This document shows positions 24,779 through 37,941 of a DNA stretch of 64,000 nt, in pieces. The DNA is from Cirrosporium novae-zelandiae (lineage: Eukaryota). The notes below the pieces were generated by a model. That model had not been told where the DNA came from. It did no database searches and saw nothing but the letters and a program-made list of their open reading frames with translations. Position 1 is the stretch's first letter. The number at the start of each line of letters is the position of its first letter. The position numbers were made by a program, and so were the translations under genes. The stretch spans positions 1,240,001 through 1,304,000 of the forward strand of contig JAPETS010000002.1 of assembly GCA_026023565.1 (NCBI GenBank). The letters are read 5' to 3'.

Positions 24779-27700
24779 CTAGCCGAATTCACGATCTATA
24801 TACCGAGAAAGCAACTCAACCTCTTGAATATCAAAATCCTTTGCCCACCCTGGATTACTATTTATCCGTTCTAGATGCTGTTTTAATGACGCACAGCTCT
24901 GCCTGAATTCACGCATTTCATTGCTGCTATCTTGAATCGCGTTTAGCTCCTCGATCTTTTTCTTTCCATATCCTGTCTCCGAACCAGACTCCAAATCTAT
25001 GTTCCAAAGCTCCTCTTGGGGTCTCTTTCCCACTGCCTTTTCCGGAGATTGACTACTTGGCACACCGTCACTACTTAAGCCTGTAACAAATAGAGACCTT
25101 TTATTTGGCCGGTCAATGGCTGAAGCCATGCTGGGACTTCGAGCCCGTTTATCGCGGATCGGAGAGCTAGACCAGTTCAGACTGGACCAGTCCATAATGC
25201 CATAGTCATCTGCAGCCTGGTAGTCTTTCAGGAAACGTTGAGGCTGTTCTCTTTCTAGGTTGGGTCGAGCCATTGAGTCTTCCAATCCAATTATTCCCGC
25301 CTCTAGGAACGGAATGTCATTTAGTTTGTGTGCTTGGACGGTGTTCAGAAGCTCCTCTTCCAGAGGTAAGTCATCCCTCAAGTCGTCCTCGTAGTAATTC
25401 GAAGACCCAAGTATCTTGGCCGGGACCTTCTTGTTAGGTATGCATTCGCTCTGAATTGGAAGATCTGACATCCCTAGGAGCGCGGGGTTGGTGCCGTAAC
25501 TATCCCAAGGGGTGGTAGGGGGGGACTTAGGCCAGCCCTTGAGATTCTTGGACCTTGTTGCTCCAAGGAGAGTGGCGGGAACGGAATCCATCTGCCTGAC
25601 CTCGGATGCGGCCTTGGGGGCCTCAGCCACCACAGTCTCAGGGATGTCGTTCAGCATCTTCTTACAAGTCATAGGCTTCCCTACCTGGTTGTTATCAGAA
25701 AGCCTTTCCCAAAGGCTGTCGAGCCTATTCATGCCTTCACCAGACAAGCCCTCCTCCCTTGGTTCATTAGCCAAACCGACTGTTGCTACTCTCCTAGGAG
25801 CGGGCTTTTGGATCAAAGGAGTCCTCGGTTTTGTTACCTTGCCACCTAAGGAGGTCTTAGGGATTTCTTTGGGTGCTTGCGTATTCGAACTAGCCTTGCG
25901 TGGTTTCGGCTTCTTATTGAGGCCATCTCGGCAACACATGTGTTTACATCTAAGGTGTTGTTAGCATTGACGTTTGGGATATCGTATACATAACTCACGA
26001 AGTTTTATCCTTGCACTTGTGATTACAAGCCCATTTCCCATTTGATAGTTGTGTGTAATCTAACGCATCCTCTTCGCTTTCCTGAGCTGCTGGTTTTGAT
26101 GATAGGTTTTTATTTATTTTTTGGGTATGGGGATTTGTGGCCATAAAGCCTCTGCCTGGAGGTCTATCCTCGAAGTCATCGATTGTTCGAAACTCCATGT
26201 TCTCTATTTTATTAGCTCGATTAATTCCGCTGCCATAATAAGGAGGACTTACCGGCCGCAAGTAAGTCTTGATCATCTAAGTCGCCGAAAAAGTTCTCAC
26301 TCTCCTCAGCAACCAAATCCATTGCTTTGCAAAATCCTTCCCGACTCCGGCGTCGTGATATATTCATTTCAGGTTTTCGTAGACATGCCGAATCGGGCCC
26401 TTTGATTTGACTTTGTTCCTCATTATGTGGAAGGGGAAATATCGATGCAGGAAGCCCGGGCTGTAGCTGTGCGGTTCGATAAGTGCCAGCTATATCATCG
26501 CACATCACTGAGCATGTAATATATTGATGTTCATTCCAAAGGTCCACCGAAAGGAACACGTCCAATGTATTCTGTAGCTTCGTTGCGCTAATGCGACGGA
26601 AATCAATCAAGTGGCCATCGGACAATTCGACTAAAAAGCAGACATATATTGGCCTTTTGCGGAAAACGGTTGGTGTTTCTTCATTCATGAAGCTTATCTC
26701 AGCCTTAACTTTAACCTTCACTTGAATTCCAGGTTTCACATCCTAGGAGAATTAGTGGAAGAGTAAGCCTGAAAGGTTTCTCATTTATACCTTGCCCATT
26801 AACTTAACCCGCACTCTAAGTTTTGGGAAGGCCTTCAACGCCGTTAGGATCCTGGTTCCATACGGAGGATACCTGCTCAAGATCATCTCGATACGACGAG
26901 CTTCTGTACCCTCCAATGTCTCGACACTGTTTATATTGGCGGAAACCAGTCTTCGTACCCCCACATTTCCGATTGTTTCGATTTGTTTTAGCTCCAATGG
27001 TGAATTATCCCAAACACGAGCACCGAGGCTTCTCGAAAACTCTAACGCGTGACGAACCGTAACGGCATCTTGAAGGTGAATTTGGCAGTCGATAATGCAG
27101 CGAACTAACCGATGAATATGTTGGAAAATTATACCTTTATCCTGTAGGTACTGAGTCTTGTGCTTTTTGTATTGTTCCTCGGCGGGGAAGTCAATACCAC
27201 CCAGTTCGGACTGGACAATTAACGAGATTTTATGAGCGGAAAGCGCAATATCAACTTCAATGGGATATTTAATCCCGTTATTTTTGTTCAGAGTCTTGTA
27301 AACTGCTCTCTCCCCGGACTTTAGTCGAACCCCGTGAAACTCATCGGCCTGGGCGAGAACAGAAAGAATCTCTGAAATGGAAGCTTTTCGAGAAAGGGAC
27401 AGCAAGGTTTTCATTGTTTTATACTTGACGTAGTAGCGAGACATCGCATCTCCTAGCTCCGTGCTTTTGATTCGGCCTTGGACGGTGATCAACTTGGTTT
27501 CTTCTAGAAGTTTGATGTCACGTCCACATATCTCTTCAAGTCTCTCGTCTTGGTCTAGGGCCGCTTGAGTATCGCCGTCGAGCTTGTAGTGATCAGGATT
27601 GGTTTTCAGCCTCACAAAAAGAAATGTTCCTGCGAGCCATCTTGTTGCGGAAGGAATGTCGTAGACTGTTCCCAGCCCAATTTCAGCATTCTAAGATATA

Positions 27701-29943
27701 TTAGTATATTTTCCTTGGGCACAGTATTGGTAGCAGCAAACCAAATGATCGATTAGATTTAGGTGGAGGCAACTTTCGAGGCGTTCTTCGCCCGCCACCA
27801 TCTTTTCATAGTGTGACATCCTTTCCTTTCGGGTTAATATGACTCCTACAGCACTGTCATCGAATTGCGGACGGCCTGCCCGTCCCAACATCTGCATCAT
27901 TTCAAGATCTGGATATTCTCTGCAACCACTTTCTTGCCAAGATACAGTACCCTTTACAATTACTAGGTGGCACGGAAGGTTCACTCCAACTGCAAGTGTT
28001 GAGGTGCAGCAAATGACACCGAGTTGGTTTCCCAGAAACCCATTCTCGACAGCATGTCGGTCTCCTGGTGTTAGGCCGGCGTGATGGAAAGCTACCCCAG
28101 ATGTTACAGTACCTACTACAATCAGCAGTGGCCCACAAACCTCGATAGGAACCCACCCCGTAGATCAGAGTTTTCAATAATCATCTGGCCCCCTGGAGCG
28201 TTCCAACAGCGATCTTGTGGCCTCGCCGATGCCCAAAAATTTGCAAGGAGCTTGGCGGTAGAAATGCAAGAATTGCGTGTACAGCAGAATATCATAATTG
28301 GCTTCCCTGCTGAGTGCTTTGCAATAACACCTGGGAGCTTTGTTTCGCAGGTTTTGTCAAACGCAAAATCATTTCCTGTAGAATTATATCCGTATACATG
28401 TTTCTCAAGTTTAACGGGTCTAAACTCTTCACCAAACTTTTCACATCGTGCAGGCCCAAGCCATTCCGCAACATCTTCAATGTTTGGAACGGTTGCGCTC
28501 AAAGCCACAAATCGAACATCACATCCAGAAGACTTTATGCGAGAAACGACCGCCTCTAAAGCAGCTCCTCGCGATTCTTTTAGGATATGTACCTCATCGA
28601 TCAAAAAGAGTTTGATCATTTTCATCAATTTCTCGTGGTCTTTCCATTTTCGAGTGATGCTATCCCACTTTTCCGGCGTAATAATAATGATATTTGCACT
28701 TTGTACATTTTGCAGGTTTGAGTATTCGGTATCGCCGGTCAACTCAGCGCACCGAAGACCTAGAGTGGCAAACTTGCTCTGCCAGTCTCGATATCGCTGG
28801 GAACAAAGCGATTTCGTGGGGGCTTGGTAGACAATCTTATATTCCTCGTTTTTGGAGGAAGCAATTAAGCTGCAAATTGCAATTTCAAAAATTGCAGTTT
28901 TGCCGCTTCCTGTAGGCGCAGACAACACCAAGTTATCCCTTGATTTATAAACGGTGTTAAAACACTTCGATTGCACAGCATTGAATATAGGAAATGGGAA
29001 AATGGACCGAAAACGGTCTGGTAATTCGTTTAGAGAAACAAGCCGGATTCCTTGAATAAGTGGGGTATTGGCATGAGGAAGCGAAGTCCTATCTGCCTTG
29101 GTCCTAAGCTCCCGGAAACCGGATACTTTGGCGCTGATGTCAAAATTCCTCCCTGTAGATTCAATATGTGCTTTGGAAGCCGCGCCGCGCGTAGCTGAGG
29201 GAGAGTAAAGCTCAGAAGGTCTAGGGAAGTATTCTGTCTTTGGCGGTATGTGCGTAGAAGATTGCTTCTGACTTGCACGATAAGTTGGGCTAGATAAAGG
29301 CCCGTAATCTGAAGAAGATTCCACACGTGTGTGATTAGTGAAGTTGGCTAGGACTGGTGTCAGTAATTAAAACGGTTCTGCTTGGGACTTCTGAACTCAC
29401 AGAGTCCATGTTTACTACCTTGTATAGTATCTACACATTGCTTGAATTAGTATTCTAATATAATACTTACTCAAGAGAAGTCTAACCTCGAACAGAATCT
29501 GGGAGCTTCGGCTGTTGTGCTGGCCCCCAAGCTCTTGGGCTGATCCCAGAATCCTCACCAGTATCGAAGTACTTAGATGCCAGAGAGACTCTGTTCGAGC
29601 TATCGCATCTCCTTTGCTGACCTTGAACATTCTCATTTAAGAGCTCTTGATCTAAGGTACTTGTCAGTCGTTTTGATCCTAATTAAAGGATTCAAAACAA
29701 ACCAAAAGCATCGAGGGGACGTTCTAGGCTATCGTAGTATGATAATATGCCTCCTGTCCTGCGATTCGAATGATGAGTACGATGGCTAAAGGAAGGTGAT
29801 GAATAAACGTTTTCTTGACGTTGAAGTTTTGACAAAGGCTGAATTGGGGAACCATATGACCACTGATTTCTGGGCCTGCTTTGTAGGGGGAGACGATGCC
29901 TCTCATCTTCAAAAGAACGAATAAGAGAATCGATCGGATCCAT
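24779..29943 (-). CDS. MER3: Meiotic DEAH/Ski2-like DNA helicase Mer3/HFM1 with Sec63 domain
   Basis: FNAVQS, APTGSGKT, TPEKWDSITRKW, DEVH, LSATVPN, HHAGL, TSTLAVGVNLP, QMLGRAGRPQFD, Sec63 region, and C-terminal GKWACNHKCKDK..CKHMCCRDG finger; multi-exon. Confidence 0.93.
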
Positions 29944-31173
29944 TATTAGATTTTAAAAGTAGACAGCTGAAGGAAGTAGGAGTGAGACGAGATGATTCTT
30001 AACATTGTTGACGAGGGTCTCGTAGTGCGAGATGTAAGTGGGTTAACCCCGTGCGGGAGTAGATGGGGTATGGGATAATCAAAACTATGGGGAAAGAGAA
30101 CAGTCTGAACTGGGCTGCAATCATAAATTTTGAGATACTTCCTCATTGAAGGGTTATTTAGAATAAACTAAACATTTAAAAGGGTTAACCATTAACAACA
30201 CTGACAGTAAAACAATTATTTTTAGATGAAAATTATTAGGAATTTGGATATTTGGATATTTTGATAATAAATGATGAAAGCTCCGAAGGTGAATATTGAA
30301 GGCCCCGGAGGTGAATATTAAAAGTTCTGGGGCACGCGGGGGTGAATGTTAAAAGCTTCGGGGGTAAACAGGAAACTTGGTTATGGCGGCCTTGTTCAAA
30401 GGCTTTAGGGCAGCAAGTGATTCCTGCAGTTAAAATGGTGCCCGAGACATAGGCAGTGGAGGGGTTGTATCTAAAGAAAGAGATATCTCAGACAGTGGTA
30501 TCCGAGGAATTTTTTGGAATAAAAAGGGTTGTTTAGATACCCAGGTATCTAAAGTATATTCATCACGGTTATGATAGCTATCTCTTGAACTGTCCCTGGA
30601 GGACACACGCTGGCAGGAAGGTAAAACTGGAGAGTCAATTGGCTCAATGATAAGTCCCTAAGGCTCAACATTATTCATCGAAGAAGTTGATACCTGAATC
30701 TGCCTGAAAATAGTTATCTGGCCTATCATAATCCTTACATGATATCCCTACAAGCGTGCGCCCTCCGGGACAGTTCAGGAGATCATGGAATCTAAACGCT
30801 CCAAGCCTGGTATAATGCACCACTCTTGATGTAATCAATCATCTCTCCCAAACGCCTCGTTATATGCATTTCAACCATACAGCATATATCTTATATCCCA
30901 CATCCCACTTTTATACAAGATAACTCACGCTCATTTGAACACCACCCATCACCTTTCCGCCGTATCACATAACAGATCCCAAATATCTGTTCGAGAAGCA
31001 TAATCCATAAGATGGCAGGTTGGCCCTGCTAATATGAGGATGATGACAGTTCCTGCAACGTGCTGGAACCTGCCAAAAGTGCCCATTAGGACAGTGTGTA
31101 CACGCGCAGATTTCAGAACTATAATCACTGGAAACATCCCGTATATCATTTTAATATTGAGTTCCAGCTAATT

Positions 31174-32690
31174 TTATTCATCCCGGTGGCTGTCAAAATA
31201 TTCCCTAGCCGAAGAAATCCTCGAATTGTGTCTGGCCGGAGACGCAGGACGAGAGGTTGTTAGAGCATCGGTTTTGAATGGGGTAACCGGGAGTTTGATG
31301 GAAACATCGCCGCTGGACGGAGATGCAGTATCCATGGTTGACTTTTCGAAGTTCTGTATCCGTAACTTCGGGGGCCTTGGGCGATCCTGGCCAGTATAAA
31401 GATATGCTCCGAAAAATGTCACAGACATGCCAAGAATGAACTAGAGCCATATATTAGCAACCCCAAAGACGACTGGGCGAGGGAATATAACTTACAAAGT
31501 TGCTAGGGTCGAAGTTGAAGAGGAAAATGCTGGAAATCAGTGTCATAACTACACTGATAGTAGTTGCAAAATTCTTGGTTACCGTATCTGCGTAACTAAC
31601 GGAAAGCGAAACTAGCAAACCGCCGAAAGCTTGCAAAGAGATACATAGCCAGACTACCCAGTTGTATCCCTCAAAAAAGCCGTTCTTAGCAATGTTCTCG
31701 CCATCAACGAAAACAACTCCGATGAATAGGGCTGGGAAGGCTGAGTAGAGAGACAGTTGGACATTGCGCACCCACAATGATACATTGGTGTTGCTTTCTT
31801 TCATGATCTTCTCGAGGTATACCCCAGCCCAGCCAAGCGCAATGCACCCAACAGTAGCTGCCGCCAGGCCAACGGACGCATTCATGCGAGGATTTTCCAG
31901 CAATTGATCTTCTTGTATACCCTCATATGTGGCGGACCGTTTGACCAGATGCGCCGCCGCATAGGTTCCTAGGTTGCCGAGGTCGCTTAAAGATCGAGGC
32001 ATTCGCAGCTTTGTATCTTCGGTTTTCACCTGAGATGCAAATTGACTTGGAATTTGTACAATAGCTACCCCCGTAACTAAAAGGATGAGAGAAAGCCACT
32101 TTCGAGGCGATAAGCTTCGTCTCAAGACTACTACGCCAAATAGCGCCGTAGTAACTAGCTTTAGCTGATATGTGACCTGGAACGTTGCTGCATCTAGATT
32201 CGAAACCGCGACGTATTGTAGGGAGTTCGAAAGAGTGTATAGGCTTGCTGGAATAGCTAGCTTCCAACTATCACCGGTGAATACCGACCTCATCAGAGCG
32301 CCAAACAGAGATGTTGCAGGCATGGAAGGTGATGCGGTTCTAGAGATGTCATAGAGGGAGAAGGTCAATGCGATAGCCAACTTGATGACTTCATTGAGAA
32401 GTACGGCGGTGGAGGTATAGTAGCGGTGGCCTGCCACCGGAGGCATAGCTCGTGAATAGTGGAGAGACTATGAGAAGCATAAACGTTAGGTCCTGTAGAG
32501 ACAATTGCGATAAATTTGGGGGGTTTTGCATACCAAAACTAGGATTGCATTTTGTAGTGCCAGCTGTATTCCAGGTCAACTCAAGAGTTCGTCTAATAAT
32601 ATTTTCACAAGGCGCGTGTACCATTACCAGGGATATGGGCTTCGCTGGCAGTCCCATACATGACGATCGTTTCTGAGCCGATTTACCCAT
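31174..32690 (-). CDS. UDP-galactose / nucleotide-sugar transporter (SLC35A family)
   Basis: STAVLLNEVIK, LAIPASLYTLSNSLQY, FQVTYQLKL, AGVYLEKIMK, SLWVRNVQL and FFEGYN motifs; three introns. Confidence 0.92.
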
Positions 32691-33467
32691 TTTCGAACGC
32701 GCTGCAAGAAGTGTCTGATGTTGGGGATCGTCCCAAACAGAGTGGGTTATGGATTTGTGGCGGTGATGGTTTTTTTTGGTTTTTGGTGGGAACCGATGAT
32801 CAAAGACGCTCTCACTCCCTCTTGAAGGAGTGTAGGAAAGCTGGATCGACTTAAAGAACGTATTCGGATGGTCAAGAAAATAAAAGGCACATTAAGGGTG
32901 GTTTTGAAGGATCAGAAGAAAAAAGGGACTTGGAACGAAGAGATAGATATTACAAGTTATCCAAGGTTTTGGGGTTTTGGGGTCAAAGACTTCAAGTCAA
33001 GTCCAAAGATTCCATTGATTCACCTTCAAGTGACTGGGGTAGCGCCGTACATATTCCCAGGCGTTCCAGGATCATCGCCCTGTTATTTGATACGCTAAAC
33101 CTGCCGGAACTTTTAAACCTCAATGTCCGACTTGTCCATCCTCTGCTTCAGCCACACTTTCTCCCTACTCTACTCCTTTTTCCTTTCAGTTTTGTCTCTC
33201 GCTGTTTCCACACTCTCCCCCCCTCCCCCCCATAGATTCGGGTAGATATAATAATATATCTCTAAACCTTGATAGAACATTCGATATTACCAGGAATTAA
33301 ATTAAATCTCAACTAGAAATCGATGCCGTCATACATTGACAGGTGGCCTGAGGGACATACATACATACATACACTGCAACTAACTAATTACCAGATACAG
33401 TACAGTACATACACTTGTCGGTCGACACACAGTGGGGCAAGGTTACGACTACGCGCTGCAGGTCACC

Positions 33468-33527
33468 TACCAATTCTACCAATTCTACCAATTCTACCAA
33501 TTCTACCACTTCTACCACTTCTACCAC
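33468..33527. repeat. 9-bp tandem repeat (TCTACCAAT/TCTACCACT)
   Basis: About six and a half adjacent units read directly. Confidence 0.85.
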
Positions 33528-34030
33528 AAGTCACCGCAACAAACATCTCATAGCTCCAAAAAAAACCTGGCTACTATGCCTGTTATCTCTATTCATTGAA
33601 CATTTTCCTGCCACAATATAGCCCTAGACTTTTTATTACGCATGAGGTCTAGTACATGCAAAGTAAGATCGTCTAAGTACATGCGCCCAATTCATCAGCC
33701 AAATAGGCCGGTTATAGCGTTTCAACGTTCGCTTGACGAATAATCCGCCCAGAATCGAAAAAAAAAAAAAAACGAAGCAAGTCGCCAACGGATAAATCAA
33801 CAATTGCTTCGAAGCAGGTGAAAATGACAAAACCCAAGGAAAAATGGCCGGTACCGGCTGCGATAGTTGGTGGGGAAATATTGACGGTATAAGACATTAT
33901 AAAATAATAATAAATGGTTATCTTTGGCGATAAGAGGGTATTAAGAGAACGTAGAATCATAACTGTTATCTAATTGCCAATGACAAATGGAATCCGTGAA
34001 GCAAGACACATTCAGATCCAGCCGTCATCC

Positions 34031-36601
34031 TTAAACATGCCGAATCCATACAGGGAAATCCTCATCCTCATCCGACCTAAATATTCTGGTATTGGCTGTT
34101 TCATCCATGACAACAATACTGCTGCTGGCAGTTCGGCTCCTCGTGTGAATTTTCGAATCTGATTTGGACCCAATAGTCATGTCATAATCAATTTCTGGTT
34201 GTGCTTGTCCGTATTGTCGCCGACGATCTATTGGATCTGAAGGAGGCGGTGTCAGAGGACTTGCGATGCTGGGTTCAGGTGAAGGAGCAGTGTCGGAGTT
34301 CATGACGCTTGCTTTGGATGATATGGTCAGATATCTGCTGGAGGTATCAAAAGAATGGTCGGAGAATGTGGAGTTGCGGTCATATGCAAGGCCAAAGTCA
34401 TTAATGGAAGAGGATCCGTGCGAATACTTTCTTCGCGACGACGGTAGAGGTGATGGGGTGTCTCTCTGGGAGGATGGCTCATCGTCTGAGTCTGTTCTAG
34501 ACTGTGGTAAATATTGCTTCGAGTTATTCCGCAAGGCGGTCTTGTAGCCTTCAACGAACCCATTTTCCCGCATCCTAGCCCTCTTCTGCCTCATAGCTTC
34601 TAAAAGCGTCTCTTCTTCCTCGGTTACAGCCATGAGCCGTGCTGTGCCAGCACTCGGATCTGGACCGGATGATGGTGAGTCATATAACCGTCCCCGCGAA
34701 GATTCCTGCGATAGATTCGACAGCCGAGATGCAGATCTATATCCAGCACTTGATGATCTTCCAGAATTCGGCGGCAACGGTGGTAATGGGCACGTAGGCG
34801 CTGTTGAAAGGATTGATGACCGACCATTCCAAGGTGGTCTATTTTCGCTAGGGTATGGCCCGTTAGGCTGAAACTGACTGCTTGAGGCTGACCGGCTACC
34901 TCTTCTAGGTACACGAGTGTTGGCGATAGGTGTACGAGGAGAAACGGCGGATTTAATTGAACCGCCTCTTCGCGATACATCTCTAATTGTGCTAGCTGTA
35001 GTGGTTGTGGTCGCAGAACTTTCCCGGCGAGACTGATCGGCATTGTTTAGACTGGAATTTGACTCTATATTGCTTACAGAATCGCCCTCTTCCTCCTCTT
35101 CATCATCGGAGGAAGAAAGTATTAGTACACTTGTGTTGTTGATATTCTTTGAGGTTCTGTCATAAACACTTCTCTTGCTCTGTAATGACTCTGCTGTTCT
35201 GGATGTCCGACCACTACCAACGCTTGTTTCTTCCCAGGCTTTGATAGAAGCGCGAAGATTTGGGTTGCCCGGATGGACAGGAGTTGGACTCAGCCTCTCA
35301 CCCCGTTCCCGGCTTTGGTGCCTCGACTTGGTGAGATCTTGGTTTGCTGGTTTCGAAAGGTTGCGCTGCTGCTGGTTTTGAACCGGCACCTCAGGTGTAT
35401 GACGAGGAGGAAGCTTGAAGAAGTCCAATTCATCCATTTCACCCCCTTCCACATTCTCAATGTCACCGAACCAGTCTTGCACGTCTGGTTGGGGTTTACG
35501 ATAGTTAGCCCTGGAATTCGGCTTCGTATCTACTTCAGGGGGTCGAAGGCCTCTTATTGAATTTTGCTTAGCATGTGCCGACTCTCTTGGTTTATTACTC
35601 CGCTCCTGTTCATCAGTCCCGGGGGCGGCATCATCGAATCCATCGAACCAATTCCGGATCCCAGGCTTAGGTTTATACGTATTGATTTTGAAACTAAAGC
35701 TATCAACAGGTGAGAGACGCAAACTTGGAGGACCCTGGTTTTGGGTAGAATTTGTTTCTTCTCTGATAGCAGTGGATTTGGATTTCCAATCAGCAGGTGC
35801 CAAGGGAGGTGACTGTTGCTTGGAAACCATGGAAAGAGCAGTTGGCGAGCTCACTATGCGCGTAGGAGAGAGTAAAGCTCCCCCGGCCTTTGTAGGCTTA
35901 GGAAAGAGAGACGAAATATCAAGGCGGGCCGGCTTTTTCTTTAACTTTTCATCGCATGTACCTGGATGTTGTTCGCCTGTCAAGCGCTGGAGTTTGGAAG
36001 TCTTTGGTGTTGGTAGTGGCTGGCGCGGAGGTTTGCTAGGAGGTGGGAAAAGCTTCGGCATACCTTTTCTTAATGCCATGTCCCTAGCAGCCGAAGCTGA
36101 CGTTTGCTGTGATATTGAAGGCGGCACTTTGTCAGGGTCATAATGCGATTGTAAAGTAGACTCAGATCCAAAATGATGAAGCTGACGGCCCAACAACCTC
36201 TCTGCTTTATTACCAGCAGTGGGACCATCTTTATAGCGTTGGCCTAGTAAAGGCGACGAGGGACGCGGGAGTAGATGCTGTGCGCTTTGGGATGCTGGAA
36301 TTGGGGGACGATGATTCCGGCTGATGGATCCCCGAAATGAAGACCGATCCAAATCAATCTCAGAAACATTATCCCGAAGAGGTAGACTGATATTATAATG
36401 TGGTTTCTCCGCCTTTGATTTTTTGTGTCTACTGATTCCACTTCTCCATGAAGCTTTTGTTCTTATTGAGGCGGAAGATGCTTTGACATGGTCACCGTCG
36501 ACAGATTGCTCGAACTCGGATTCCCCGATGGAGGTCTCAAAGGATTGAGCACTTGGCCTCCGTCCGGGCAATGGAAATAATAGTTTTGATGAACGAACCA
36601 T
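34031..36601 (-). CDS. Ser/Pro/Arg-rich, largely disordered hypothetical protein (856 aa)
   Basis: Long uninterrupted ORF with a good ATG context and short conserved-looking islands (YDPDKVPPSISQQTSASAARDMALRKG, NWFDG, RLMAVTEEEETLLEAMRQKRA). Confidence 0.8.
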   Translation of the reverse strand: MVRSSKLLFPLPGRRPSAQSFETSIGESEFEQSVDGDHVKASSASIRTKASWRSGISRHKKSKAEKPHYNISLPLRDNVSEIDLDRSSFRGSISRNHRPPIPASQSAQHLLPRPSSPLLGQRYKDGPTAGNKAERLLGRQLHHFGSESTLQSHYDPDKVPPSISQQTSASAARDMALRKGMPKLFPPPSKPPRQPLPTPKTSKLQRLTGEQHPGTCDEKLKKKPARLDISSLFPKPTKAGGALLSPTRIVSSPTALSMVSKQQSPPLAPADWKSKSTAIREETNSTQNQGPPSLRLSPVDSFSFKINTYKPKPGIRNWFDGFDDAAPGTDEQERSNKPRESAHAKQNSIRGLRPPEVDTKPNSRANYRKPQPDVQDWFGDIENVEGGEMDELDFFKLPPRHTPEVPVQNQQQRNLSKPANQDLTKSRHQSRERGERLSPTPVHPGNPNLRASIKAWEETSVGSGRTSRTAESLQSKRSVYDRTSKNINNTSVLILSSSDDEEEEEGDSVSNIESNSSLNNADQSRRESSATTTTTASTIRDVSRRGGSIKSAVSPRTPIANTRVPRRGSRSASSSQFQPNGPYPSENRPPWNGRSSILSTAPTCPLPPLPPNSGRSSSAGYRSASRLSNLSQESSRGRLYDSPSSGPDPSAGTARLMAVTEEEETLLEAMRQKRARMRENGFVEGYKTALRNNSKQYLPQSRTDSDDEPSSQRDTPSPLPSSRRKYSHGSSSINDFGLAYDRNSTFSDHSFDTSSRYLTISSKASVMNSDTAPSPEPSIASPLTPPPSDPIDRRRQYGQAQPEIDYDMTIGSKSDSKIHTRSRTASSSIVVMDETANTRIFRSDEDEDFPVWIRHV

Positions 36602-37180
36602 GTTGTAATTAGAGTGACTCGGGAGTCGATGTAGTAATAGGGTATATGTTTAATGATAACGATTGAGATCCAGATAGAAAGCGTTGTGCATGACGATAGT
36701 AGTTAATAGGCATTCAACGTTGGATTGATTGACACAGCTAAAAAAGAAGGTAAGAAAGATATCTGGCCATGTGAAACTCGGTCAGTCTTGTATGTAACGC
36801 TGGAGGGAGGAAGGTCAGCGTACTAGATAATGCTTAGTGTTTCAAATGCCCTTTCGTGTATTACTCGAGAAGCTGTTCACTTCAAGACTAAAACGATGGA
36901 GGGGTAGACGGGGGGGGGGGGGGGAAAGATAAAAAGAAAGAAAGGGAAATATGCACATGGGGATTTGTTCCCAAATGTTTGCAAGAACAGGAGGAGCAGG
37001 ACAGAAGGAGAAAAGCACAAGCATAACTAACTGTTGGGGGAGGAGGAGGGGAGAAGGGAGGGAATTGGAGGAGAATGGGGTGGGTTGGCCATTCTAGCCG
37101 GATTCCAAAGTTACTGTTAGTAGTTTTACGAGGAATGATGATTTTTAGTTTCATAGTAGTTAGTGGACAATGGGGGGGGA

Positions 37181-37240
37181 TGGGCAGTGGGCAATGGGCA
37201 GTGGGCAGTGGGCAGTGGGCAGTGGGCAGTGAGCAATGGG
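37181..37240. repeat. 7-bp tandem repeat (TGGGCAG)n
   Basis: About eight units read directly. Confidence 0.85.
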
Positions 37241-37893
37241 GAAGGAGCCTGACAGAAGAGAGTCTGTGTTGAGTCGAGAGAGCCATGTTGTGCTGTGCCC
37301 TAAGCTATGCTTCAATCGGTCAAGTCTAACAAAATGACTGATTGTGTGTGTATTTATCATCCTGGAATCATGCCGAATCATCTTTAAATTATCTATAAAT
37401 GATCCTATCACATCCAAGTTGCACGGCCACTAAATGGATCTGACCCTTCTAAAGCAATTTTTTTTAGTTGGTCCTGGGTGGTGGTTGGTGGGTTTCTTGG
37501 GTTGGTTCCTGGTGTGCTTTACTTATTTTACCCCTGAGTGAGTTGAGAGTTCACTTGAGAATCTCTTGGGAATTCTGGGAATTCTGGGAATATGCCGTCT
37601 GTCAACCGACTCTGTCACGGGCTTTTTCGGCATATGAATTTTAGTCCATTCAGGCTTGACCTAACTGAGTCTTGACATTTCACATTATTATTTCATAATC
37701 CGGCACTGCGATATGTAAAAACATAAATACAAAGTATATTATATCATGGTCCATGACACTAGTCCTAATTCATAATGATAACGAAAGTAAAAAGAAAAGA
37801 AAAGAAAAGAAAAGAAATACAATAAAATATCAAGCTACACAGGTATAACCAGGTATAACTCACATCGTATGTTGCTGGCCACGCCCTCCAAAA

Positions 37894-37941
37894 ATGGTGG
37901 TAGTGGTGGTGGTGGTGGTGGTGGTGGTGGTGGTGGTGGTG
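37894..37941. repeat. (GTG)n microsatellite
   Basis: Read directly; it accounts for the spurious poly-Val ORF. Confidence 0.9.

Noticed and set aside
28081..28830. 249-aa + strand ORF, and similar antisense ORFs inside nudF, STU2 and CDC4
   Set aside because: These are shadow ORFs opposite well-supported genes and carry no protein motifs.
33468..33527. Short repeats as a CRISPR-like array
   Set aside because: These are adjacent tandem units without spacers, in eukaryotic DNA.
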